64,000 nucleotides of DNA from NCBI GenBank assembly GCA_964016885.1, contig OZ024747.1, positions 45,570,001 through 45,634,000 on the forward strand, given 5' to 3'. The notes beneath the pieces were generated by a model. It saw nothing but the letters and a program-made list of their open reading frames with translations, did not search any database and was not told where the DNA came from. Of this stretch, positions 1 to 9,527 are shown piece by piece. Position 1 is the first letter of the stretch, and every line of letters starts with the position of its first letter. This stretch comes from Eledone cirrhosa (lineage: Eukaryota). The translations under genes were made by a program, and so were the position numbers.

Positions 1-123
1 AATAGCTTTTTCATTTCAATTAGATATTAAACAAAATTGACATAGTTTGCATAGACCAATTCAAAGGCACGGAAAACGAAAATAAAATAAACTAAAATAT
101 GAAAAAATTAAATGAGGAATCAT

Positions 124-357
<234 letters not shown>

Positions 358-536
358 CATGTATGTATTCATTTATATAGTTATATTAATTTTATCAGAT
401 CCTTTGGGGAGTTAATATCATTTCTAAGTTCAATCTCATATAATAAAAATGTCTGTTATTGATTTAGAAAACTAATTGATACACTGATACACATAAACAT
501 ATATGCAATATGAACATATATGTATGTATGTATGTA

Positions 537-575
<39 letters not shown>

Positions 576-1932
576 ATGTATATATGTCTCTCTCTTTCTA
601 TATATATGTATATGTGTGTGTGTGTGTGTGTATATATATAAATATATATATATATATATTATTTAATAGTTGAGAAGCTATATGAGTAACCGAAGAGCCT
701 AAAGTTCCATGCCAAAGCACTTATCAAACAACGAATTGAATGAATATATATTTGTGTGTGTGTGTGTGTGTGAGCGTACGTATGTGTGTATGTGCATGCG
801 CGCATACGCGTGTGTGTGTGTGTGTGTGTGTGTGTTTGTATGTGCGTGTACAAGTGTGAGTCATTAATTATCCTTAATGTACTTAAAATTTTTTCCTATT
901 GGCAGCAAAAATAGTTCCATGTGTATCAATAATCTGGGTTTCTGTTTTGTCACTAGGGTACAGATTAAAACTTAGAATGTCAATTAGGACTTCATTGTTA
1001 CTACTTTAACCATGGTTGCTCCAAGGAAGATCAGTATTCAATGACCCACTTTATATTCCATTAGTGACATCCAGCTTCAGTGATCCTACCAATTATCTTT
1101 AACATCCCCCCACCCCCACCACCACTGCCACTGCCCAATAGATTAATGGCCAAGTACTTCATTAGAATTATATATGACAACTCAAATATGCACACCTGAA
1201 AAATTAACTGTTAAGATTTTGAGCCAACGAAGGACAATTTTTACTGTGAATGAACTAGTGAGAAATAATAACCAAATTTCTCTCAAACTATGCCTTACCA
1301 TATTATAAAAGGAGGATTCAATTTAAAAAGTACTCCTGAATGCATTGTCTAAAAAATAGGCGGACACACTGAATAATGTGGTCTAAGACAGGCATAGGAA
1401 ATTGAGGGTCCCCCAAGGACCACATGGGTCACATATATCTTGTGTGAAGGCCATACATGACAACTAATTGCGCACATTACAACTAATATTGTAATATAAG
1501 AGATATAATATTTTTTTATTTTATATTATAGTCATATTTTAGTCATAAACATTTTATTGCAATTTTAAATGTTGATCTATACACATTTTAATCTTATTTA
1601 CAACTATTCCTACCACTGGTATATAATAAATCAAGCAAGGTTAATTATTTGTATTTAATTGACTCTGGTGACTTACTGGAATCAACTCTTTATTTTCGTT
1701 TGTTTAGCAAAACATTATAGGTCTATCAAATTCTTAAATGATATACATATATATATATATCTGTATATATATATGATTTATGTTAGGCTGTTTACCAGTG
1801 GGTAAACCTTATTGTACCATAGATCATCTCAAATATGCTTTATACAGGCTAAAATCTGTATTTTATGGAGCAATATTTATTCAAAATTTTATTTAGGTAC
1901 AATACTAAAGTATATTATTATCAAGAACATAG

Positions 1933-2120
1933 TGGATTGGCAGTATTGGTAGAGGGTCTCAAGCCATGCTTTGCAGCAAAGTATTACGGCCCTTTATGGT
2001 TTGAGTTCAAATCCCGCTGAGGTTAACTTTGCCTTTCATCCTTACGGGGTCGATAAAATAAAGCACCAGTAATACACTGGGATAATTGCTGGCCTTGTGC
2101 CAAAAGTAGAAACATTTATT
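1933..2120 (+). mobile_element. SINE-A (tRNA-derived head, MetaSINE-like core, ATT tail)
   Basis: A-box-like TGGCAGTATTGG, B-box GAGTTCAAATCC, core GCCTTTCATCCTTACGGGGTCGATAAAAT, tail GGCCTTGTGCCAAAAGTAGAAAC; TSD TTATTATCAAGAACATAG at 1915-1932 and 2116-2133. The Meta-domain assignment is from recall. Confidence 0.9.
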
Positions 2121-2230
2121 ATCAAGAACATAGCATACAAAAAATATAATTTTACCTGCGTAATATATATATATGTGTGTGATTGTGTGTGTGTATGTGT
2201 GTGTGTGAATGTGCATGTGTGTCTATATAC

Positions 2231-2340
2231 AATCCCGCCGAGGTTCACTTTGCCTTTCATCCTTACGGGCTCGATAAAATAAAGTACCAGTAATGTACTG
2301 GGTAATTGCTGGCCTTGTGCCAAAAGTAGAAACAATTATT
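2231..2340 (+). mobile_element. SINE-A, 5'-truncated
   Basis: Core and tail near-identical to the 1933-2120 copy. Confidence 0.88.
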
Positions 2341-3383
2341 AAGACAATCTATAGACAACTTTGCATATCTATACTATTTGTTTAAGGCTTCTTTTGAGAA
2401 TATTTATTTTCTCGCATGTAATCTATTAAAAATGTAGCTTTAGGGAGATTTTCAATTTGTGTTTGTTTTAATGAAAGAACATGGTTTAGATCAAAATATA
2501 TATTTGCCAAATGCTTTTATTCAGAGTTGTATAAAAAGAGATATAATAATACAATGCTTACAGAATGAAAGCGCAAACAAATATAATATAGAGGAAAGGA
2601 AGAGGGGAAACAGAAAAAAAGAGAAAGGAAAAGAAAGAGAAAAGAAAATAAAGAAAAGAAGATAAAAGAAAAGAAAAAAAACCCCAAAACCGCATACAAC
2701 AAAATGCAAACGAAAGGGGTGGACAACCGAGCCACTAACAGAGTAAAAGATAACAGTATTGCGAGGAGCACTGGGAAACCTCTCTAATGATTTTTTAGGC
2801 AAGCCAGCACGCTCACAGCATTACCTCAGGTGATGGCGAGGCTGATGCACTAGAACAGCCAAACGCCCTCACGAGATTCACCCTTTACCTCTGTTAAGCG
2901 AGCTGCCAGTGAAGATAGGAATCTCGCAGTCAGTAACTTGACTATATTTGAAAAATATTTACAAGAATTTATAAGCAGATCATGATGAAAAAATGTTCTT
3001 TGAAAGATATTTAGCTTTAAATCAATGGGTTTTTTTTTTGGGGGGGGGGGTTAGATGAGTGGGGTGGTTGGTGGTCAGGAAGGTAAGTAATATTTTCATG
3101 AATAGCATTAGAGACCTTGTTGGGTTGAAAAGAGAGGATTTCTTTTCATCATTTTCAAGGGATATTTTTCTATCAAAACTTATTAGAGATATATTGAGAA
3201 TGGCAACAGTTCACAACATTTCAATTTAGTAATAGAGTAAATTTTGTCAAATAAATCTTTTAAATTCTCAAGGGAAATAATAAAATATGAAATTTTAAAT
3301 ACTCTCACTCATAATTTAAATATCACTTAAATTAGTCTTTTTTTTTTGTTTTCATCCTCTCAATTTTAGAAATATATAATAAA

Positions 3384-3418
3384 ACTACTACTCCTACTAC
3401 TACTACTACTACTACTAC

Positions 3419-3455
<37 letters not shown>
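3384..3455. repeat. (ACT)n(AAT)n tract; (ATT)n tail/target of Tx1 copy 1
   Basis: Direct reading; abuts the element 3' end. Confidence 0.95.
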
Positions 3456-3457
<2 letters not shown>

Positions 3458-3705
3458 TTTCTTTATTAACCACAAGGGTTTACATAAAGTAGACATTAAG
3501 GACAGTACAGGACAATACAGGACGGTACAAATGGGCATTTCTGCGTGTAAAAAACAAAAACAGAGGATGTAACAAAAAATAACAATGAAAAATTCCCCAA
3601 TAGGGGGGAGACTTCGGAGGGACATTTGTGGAGAAAGCCCAGTAAAAAGCCACAATGACCCTGACCACCAAGGCAAGTGCCCTCTCCCAGTTTTCCACCT
3701 TTAAT

Positions 3706-6700
3706 TTACAGATATATGCTCAGAGTAGGCCCATTCACTCGGGCCATTCTTGCTTCTCTCACCCATCTTTCAACAAAATGCTGGGAAGAGAGCACTTCCC
3801 TCTCTACTCTGATTTTCCTTTTCAAATGAAATTTGAAAAAGTCAATCAGAGCATCACCGAAGAGGTAAGTGCTCGTCTTCAGCCCTTTCAAACGTGTCCA
3901 CCATACTATCTCTTTCGCCATGGCCACCAGGCAGATAAAAACTGCCTGCCCTTCCCGGCTAAAGGAGGAGGGCGGGGCAATCCTCACGATGGACTCAGAT
4001 GATAGCCGGATCCGTCCTAAACGCGACAGCAGGTGTTCGACATAAACCCACAAGTCAGCAATTTTCGGACACTGGACGAGTGCGTGCAGGACGGTTTCGT
4101 CGCCCTGCGCGCATCTCGGACATGCCCGGCTAACGGCACCTCCATGCCTGTAGAGTTTATCCCGAACTGGCAAGGCTCCTCGGTAGCACTGCCAGGCCAG
4201 AGATTTCTGGAAGTTGTCCATAGGCCCTGGCCCGAAAGTCCTTCCGAAGAGATTGGCTAGTTGATTTTCGTCGACGCCTAGAGTTTCCCCAAGTACGTCG
4301 TCGCTCTTCCCCTCCACTAATCCTCTATAGAACGCCGAGGTGGAGTTTCCACCGATCACATTGCCCGATTGGTCGAGGGCTGTGAGCGCCTGAAGACATT
4401 CCAGTCTCCAGGCGCTCCCTCTCGGTCTTCGCTTGACCCAGGACTGCAGCTCCGTCAAGGAAACGAGCTGGGGAAACACGCGTCTAGCAAACGGCGACCA
4501 CACCTGATCACCGTCGAGGAAGAGGTGGAGATGTCGTAGCCTGAGCGCGTGCCTGCGCATCATCAGCCACGGCATGCCCAGCCCTCCACGTAGCGGGTGT
4601 TGACAACAGATGGACCGCCTGACCATCGGAGCGCGTCCCTTCCACAAAAAGCGAAAGAGCAAACGCTCCAGCACAGTCAGGCGAGGCTTAGGACAAGGTA
4701 CGACGGTCAGGCGGTAGCAGATGACGGACGCGATGTACGCGTTAGCCACCTCCGCTCGACCTTTCAGGGATAGCTTCCTCTCGGCCCATTTCTGGGTGAG
4801 AGAAGCCACCCTGCTCGTCACCTCCTCCCAGTTTTTGTCCGTCTGGAGGTCCGGACCGAACCAGACCCCTAGCAATTTAACCGGTCCGTCCGTCCAGCGT
4901 CCGACGACGCTGTTGGACGGCATGGACCTGCCTCTCCAGGTGCCGAGCTGCAGGCCCACTGACTTTTCCTGGTTGATCATTGCTCCTGTCACCGCTTCGT
5001 ATTCTCTTAGTGTAGTGCCGATCGCCTCCATGTGTTTGGCGTTCGACACCACTACGGTGACATCGTCCGCATATGCTGATACGGATCTTCCGCATCCTAG
5101 TTCGCGCGGGACCCCCCTCAACGTCTCCAGTTTGTGCAGTAATGGCTCGAGAGTCAATACGTACAAGAGGGACGAGAGGGGACATCCTTGGCGGACCGAG
5201 CGCATGATGTTGAACGGTTCCGACAGGTGACCGTTCACTCTCACCACAGAGCAGATGTCGCTGTGCATGGCAGCGATCCAGCCTCTGAAGACGGGCCCAA
5301 AGCCAGCCGCCCTCAGGACTGCCGCTAGGTAACGATGGTCGACCCTATCGAAAGCTTTCGACTGATCTAAATTGATCAAGGACCCACCCGTGCCAGGTTC
5401 CCTAGCTACCCTCTCTACGATGTATCGCATGAGGTGGAGGTTGTCGTGGATGGATCTGTCGGGAATGGCGTATGTCTGCGCCTCTCCCACCAGACCACCA
5501 ACGACAAGCGCCAACCTCTTTGCTAGCACCTTGGCCAAAATCTTAAACTCTGTGTTTAGCAGAGTTATGGGCCGGAAATTTTCTATGTTATCCCCCTTGT
5601 TCGGATCCTTTCTCAGCAGTGCCACCGCTCCTCGGCTCACAGAACTGGGAATTCTCCCGTTCTGTTGCCAGTTGCAGTAGACGTCTGCCAAGAGGCCTCC
5701 GAACAAGTCTGGCATCTGTACGTAAAGTTCATAGGGCAGACCATCCAAACCAGGCGATTTACCCCTTGTGCAGCCAGTCATTGCCTCCCTTACTTCAGCG
5801 GCTGTTATCGGCTTTTCGCAACACTTCGCCTCAGTGGGCGAGAGCCGCGGCAGTCCGTCGAGGTAGACACTAAAGTCCATCCCTCTACCCGGCCCACCGC
5901 TGCCCCCGAACAGCTGAGCGAAGTGTCGCTGAAAAGCTTCACACATTTGCCCGGGATCGAGTAGCATGCGCCCGTCGTGGTCCACCAAAGACCGGATCGT
6001 GGCTTTGTTGCCACGACGCGCCTCCGCCACTCGGGCCCATTGAACGGCTTTCGTCCCCTCGTGTCTGAGAGCACGCACCCTTGCTCTGACAACGCAGCCT
6101 TCGTGCTTTGCATTGAAGAATTGGTCAAGGGCCAATTTCGCCGCAAGCACGTCGGTCGCAATGCCTTTGCTAAGCGCCTCGTCTAATTTTCTAACTAGTT
6201 CTCCCTCTGCTCTATTTTTCTCTATTGCTAAAGCCTTACTAAACCTAATCGATTCTATTCTAATCGCTCTTTTCAGAGCAAACCACCACTTGTTGTTGAC
6301 GATGGCCCCCGTCAACGCCCGCTTAACTAGTTCGCTAATCCGGTCTCTGTAGGCCTTGCGCGCTGGTAAGGACGCGTTTAGCTTCCAGTAGCCGGGTCCT
6401 CGTCTATGAAGCCTATCTAAGTCAAGCACACAGATCACGAATTTGTGGTCCGTGTAGCTGACTATCTTGAATTGTGGACAGCCTATGCTAGACCTATCTA
6501 TTTCCCTACAAAATACTCTATCTAGATATGATCTGGATGACCCTATGCGGTTTGTCCAAGTCCACATTGGCACATTCGGGAAATCCAATCGGTACCTGTC
6601 AGACAGTTCAAAACGCCTGAGCAGGTTGGTGAGGCTCTTGCACCCTCCACCCCTATCCGCTAATCCCACACAGTCCCAGCGTGCATCTAAGATGCCGTTC

Positions 6701-7125
6701 CAGTCGCCCACTAACACTAAAGAGCGGGACGTTCCAAGAAAGGTCTCCAGACGCCGGAAGAAATCAGGCCGCCCTGCTCCTGTCGGGGCATAGACGGCCA
6801 CTAGCCTGAAAGCTTGCCCGTCTCCGCTGGTCACGTCCAGCACCACCAGCTTACCCTCTGGGTCCAGGAAGATGGCCCGTATGGCGAGATCCAAACCTCT
6901 CCGAAAAAGTACAGCAACTCCTCCACCGGATCCAGGACGGCTGGGAGATGCGTACACATCGTAGCCGCCGAAGATCGGTGCGAAGGCCCGTGCTTCGGAG
7001 ATTCTGGTCTCGCTGATGGCCACTACATCTATGTTTAGTGACCTGAGGTCGTTGAGCAGGTGACCCTGCTTCCATGACGACCCCAAGCCACGCGCATTTA
7101 TGCTGCCTATTCTGAGTGAGGTCAT
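3706..7125 (-). CDS. Tx1 ORF2: AP-like endonuclease, reverse transcriptase and C-terminal Zn motif (1139 aa, open)
   Basis: APE motifs SINARGL, ISET, VYAP, GDWN, SYLDRVF, TDH; RT motifs PGLDG, FRPITLLN, DQSKAFD, RQGCPLS, YADD; CPRC-x8-H-x4-C. Confidence 0.97.
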   Translation of the reverse strand: MTSLRIGSINARGLGSSWKQGHLLNDLRSLNIDVVAISETRISEARAFAPIFGGYDVYASPSRPGSGGGVAVLFRRGLDLAIRAIFLDPEGKLVVLDVTSGDGQAFRLVAVYAPTGAGRPDFFRRLETFLGTSRSLVLVGDWNGILDARWDCVGLADRGGGCKSLTNLLRRFELSDRYRLDFPNVPMWTWTNRIGSSRSYLDRVFCREIDRSSIGCPQFKIVSYTDHKFVICVLDLDRLHRRGPGYWKLNASLPARKAYRDRISELVKRALTGAIVNNKWWFALKRAIRIESIRFSKALAIEKNRAEGELVRKLDEALSKGIATDVLAAKLALDQFFNAKHEGCVVRARVRALRHEGTKAVQWARVAEARRGNKATIRSLVDHDGRMLLDPGQMCEAFQRHFAQLFGGSGGPGRGMDFSVYLDGLPRLSPTEAKCCEKPITAAEVREAMTGCTRGKSPGLDGLPYELYVQMPDLFGGLLADVYCNWQQNGRIPSSVSRGAVALLRKDPNKGDNIENFRPITLLNTEFKILAKVLAKRLALVVGGLVGEAQTYAIPDRSIHDNLHLMRYIVERVAREPGTGGSLINLDQSKAFDRVDHRYLAAVLRAAGFGPVFRGWIAAMHSDICSVVRVNGHLSEPFNIMRSVRQGCPLSSLLYVLTLEPLLHKLETLRGVPRELGCGRSVSAYADDVTVVVSNAKHMEAIGTTLREYEAVTGAMINQEKSVGLQLGTWRGRSMPSNSVVGRWTDGPVKLLGVWFGPDLQTDKNWEEVTSRVASLTQKWAERKLSLKGRAEVANAYIASVICYRLTVVPCPKPRLTVLERLLFRFLWKGRAPMVRRSICCQHPLRGGLGMPWLMMRRHALRLRHLHLFLDGDQVWSPFARRVFPQLVSLTELQSWVKRRPRGSAWRLECLQALTALDQSGNVIGGNSTSAFYRGLVEGKSDDVLGETLGVDENQLANLFGRTFGPGPMDNFQKSLAWQCYRGALPVRDKLYRHGGAVSRACPRCAQGDETVLHALVQCPKIADLWVYVEHLLSRLGRIRLSSESIVRIAPPSSFSREGQAVFICLVAMAKEIVWWTRLKGLKTSTYLFGDALIDFFKFHLKRKIRVEREVLSSQHFVERWVREARMARVNGPTLSIYL

Positions 7126-7160
7126 GTTTAAAATAGAGTGGAAAAGATGGGAAAGACCAC

Positions 7161-9257
7161 TTACCGTACTTTTGGTAGAGGAGGGATGGTTTTTACATCC
7201 CTTTTCACTTGATCGTCTGGTGAAGGGACCGTTGAATCGTCCCTTCGGCTGGTCGTCGGCTCTTCTAAGAGAATGTCTGAGTATACTCTTCGATTGATGG
7301 TTCCTCCTAGGTCCCTGAAATCACCAACTGCGTCTGGGAATTTCGTTTTAATATTTGTGTATTGTTTCTGTGCTATTTTTAGCAGTCTTATGTTAGTTGG
7401 CGTTTTGATTGGTGCTGGTATTATGTAGTCCTGTTGTGAAATGTCTGTGTGTTCAATTATGTAAGTCATTAGTTTCTTGTTGTGTGTATTTATTGCCGTG
7501 CATTTGTTTTTCTGGGGGTGGGGTGTGGTTCTGCTATTTTCTTGTCGTTGTTGCTGGGTGTGTGTGTTTTGTTGTTGTGTTTGCGATGTTGGTGCTTGTG
7601 GTGGTGGTGTTGAAGGTGTTGTTGGCGGTGGGGTTGTCGCCGGTGGTGATGGTGGCGCTAGTGTGGGTGGTGATGGTGTTGGTGTTGTTGCTGCTGTGGG
7701 TCTCTTTGCAGTAGACTTTACCCTTTTCTCATTTCTTTCCTCCCTTTTCAAAGGCGACGATGCGCTGTTTCTGCGTTTGTGCCTTCTTACGACCTTTTGC
7801 CATCTCTCTCCCACCTCACACTCCATGTCTGATTCTGTGAGGTCGGGGAGGGGTACCAGCTCCACTCTTTCACTTGTTGTTGTTGGTGATGTTTGCACTG
7901 GAGTCTCTGTTGCAGCTGCATTTGGTATTGCTGTTGTTGTTGTTAGTATTTCCACTGCTGCTGCTGTTTTTGATTTCCGTGGAGTGGGTATGGGTGCCAC
8001 GGGCCTATCGTTCCTGGTTGCCGCTTGTCCTGTTGCTGGTAGCCGTGGAGCCGGATTCGGAAGGAGGGGGGTTTTCTCCTTTCTCAGGGTCTTCTCGTTG
8101 CAGAAGGCCCTGAGGTGAGTCTTCGATCCACAGCGAAAGCATTTCGGGCGTTTGCCCTCAACACTTATGGGCAGTTGAGTGCCGTTATCGAAGTCTATCA
8201 CATCCGGGATAGCTTCGATGCACTCCTGGTTGGTTTGGATTAGCATCTCAATGGAGGAGCCGACCCAATCTTCTCTTACTTTTTTCTGTACTTGCAGTAC
8301 AGTTGTTTTGTCCTCGATTCCGACGAGGACAGACGCGGCCAGCCAAGAAGGGGTCATTCCGGGGGGGACGTGGGTCAGTTTGACCCTCACAATTTTTTGC
8401 CCACAGTAGGAGGGCACCAACACCATTTCCTCGCTCCTTAGGGTCACTACTGATTGGGCCTTTGCCTCCTGGGGTGTGGCAAAAAGTACGTCTACGGTGG
8501 CATATTTTTTGCCTCGGGTGATGTGCGTTTTCCGCTGCCACACAGACCCCAAGGCTTTTTGTATTTGGGCCTCTGTGGCTCTTTCCACCCTACGGGATTT
8601 TGTACTTACTGTACGGTACGTGACCGTACAGTGCTCTTGGGTTTCGAAAAATTTTTCCGCTGCCTTGCAGATTGCTCGGTGTCCGTTCTTTGTCACCATC
8701 TTCTTCGCTTCCTCTAATTCCTCATTTGTTATGAGGATTGTTTCCAAGTTTTTCGCAATACCTGCAAATGAGATTGGTTTTTCTCTGCTGTTGTTGTTGT
8801 CGTCAGAGCTGCTGGTACTTTTGTTGTTGCTGCAGGTACTACGACTACTGCCTCCGCCGCTGTTGCTGTGGTTGTTGTTGGTGTTGCTGCTGCTAATGCT
8901 GTTGTTGTTTATGCTGCTGGTGATGCTGTTGCGGCTGCTACTGTTGTTTTCATTGTCACTGTTGCTGTTGTTATTACGGCTGCTACTGCTATTATTCCTG
9001 ACGTCAGACGAATGAACTGGGTTTTCGTATTTCCCGCACACCTGTTTCGTCGCTGTCGTCGTCGTCGTGGAGAAACCTTGCACGCTTTGCACGAGACTTT
9101 TCTTTTCTTTCGTCACTTGCGAAAGAGAAGGGAGGGAGAGAGACACATTTAAAGAAGGGAGGGAGAGAGACAATCTTCTCTCTGCTGTAGTGATGATTGA
9201 GGAAGAAGAAGACGGAATGAGTGGGAGTGACGTATGAAATTCCTTTTTCGTAGCCAT
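7161..9257 (-). CDS. Tx1 ORF1 nucleic-acid-binding protein (698 aa, open)
   Basis: CCHC knuckle CFRCGSKTHLRAFC, N/S-rich and P/T-rich low-complexity regions, RRM-like segment; 35 nt upstream of ORF2; CAAC-ATG-G start context. Confidence 0.92.
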   Translation of the reverse strand: MATKKEFHTSLPLIPSSSSSIITTAERRLSLSLPSLNVSLSLPSLSQVTKEKKSLVQSVQGFSTTTTTATKQVCGKYENPVHSSDVRNNSSSSRNNNSNSDNENNSSSRNSITSSINNNSISSSNTNNNHSNSGGGSSRSTCSNNKSTSSSDDNNNSREKPISFAGIAKNLETILITNEELEEAKKMVTKNGHRAICKAAEKFFETQEHCTVTYRTVSTKSRRVERATEAQIQKALGSVWQRKTHITRGKKYATVDVLFATPQEAKAQSVVTLRSEEMVLVPSYCGQKIVRVKLTHVPPGMTPSWLAASVLVGIEDKTTVLQVQKKVREDWVGSSIEMLIQTNQECIEAIPDVIDFDNGTQLPISVEGKRPKCFRCGSKTHLRAFCNEKTLRKEKTPLLPNPAPRLPATGQAATRNDRPVAPIPTPRKSKTAAAVEILTTTTAIPNAAATETPVQTSPTTTSERVELVPLPDLTESDMECEVGERWQKVVRRHKRRNSASSPLKREERNEKRVKSTAKRPTAATTPTPSPPTLAPPSPPATTPPPTTPSTPPPQAPTSQTQQQNTHTQQQRQENSRTTPHPQKNKCTAINTHNKKLMTYIIEHTDISQQDYIIPAPIKTPTNIRLLKIAQKQYTNIKTKFPDAVGDFRDLGGTINRRVYSDILLEEPTTSRRDDSTVPSPDDQVKRDVKTIPPLPKVR

Positions 9258-9472
9258 GTTGTTTTTTTGTTTAAAATGAATATTGGGTACAAAACCCCAA
9301 TAACTGGTTATTTAACCCCGAAGGGCCAAATAACGGACAGAAAGACCCCTCTCACGAGGAGGAGGGTGTCTTTATCAACAATTTGGTTCAAGTTTTAAAC
9401 AATTTACAATTGTTTTAACGGTTAAAAATTACTATACCTTACAGAGCCGAGCCTCCGTCAACCATGGCATTC
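9258..9472 (-). promoter_or_regulatory. Structured 5' UTR of Tx1 copy 1 (three hairpins)
   Basis: AAAGAC..GTCTTT stem; GTTATTTGGCCC-TTCG-GGGTTAAATAAC (cUUCGg loop); TATTGGG..CCCAATA just before the ATG. Confidence 0.6.
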
Positions 9473-9526
9473 AATAATAATAATAATAATAATAATAATA
9501 ATTGTTTCTACTTTTGGCACAAGGCC
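9473..9526 (-). mobile_element. Isolated SINE-A 3' tail plus (ATT)n linking Tx1 copy 2 to copy 1
   Basis: Minus strand GGCCTTGTGCCAAAAGTAGAAACA(ATT)n. Confidence 0.85.
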
Positions 9527-9527
9527 A

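Larger units (their letters stand above)
3456..9472 (-). mobile_element. Full-length Tx1/L1-clade non-LTR retrotransposon, copy 1
   Basis: 5' UTR, ORF1, ORF2, 3' UTR with AATAAA (3462-3467); (ATT)n on both sides. Confidence 0.96.

Noticed and set aside
4033-9152. Plus-strand and alternate-frame ORFs over Tx1 copy 1 (also over copies 2 and 3)
   Set aside because: Shadow ORFs of GC-rich or low-complexity coding sequence; no motifs
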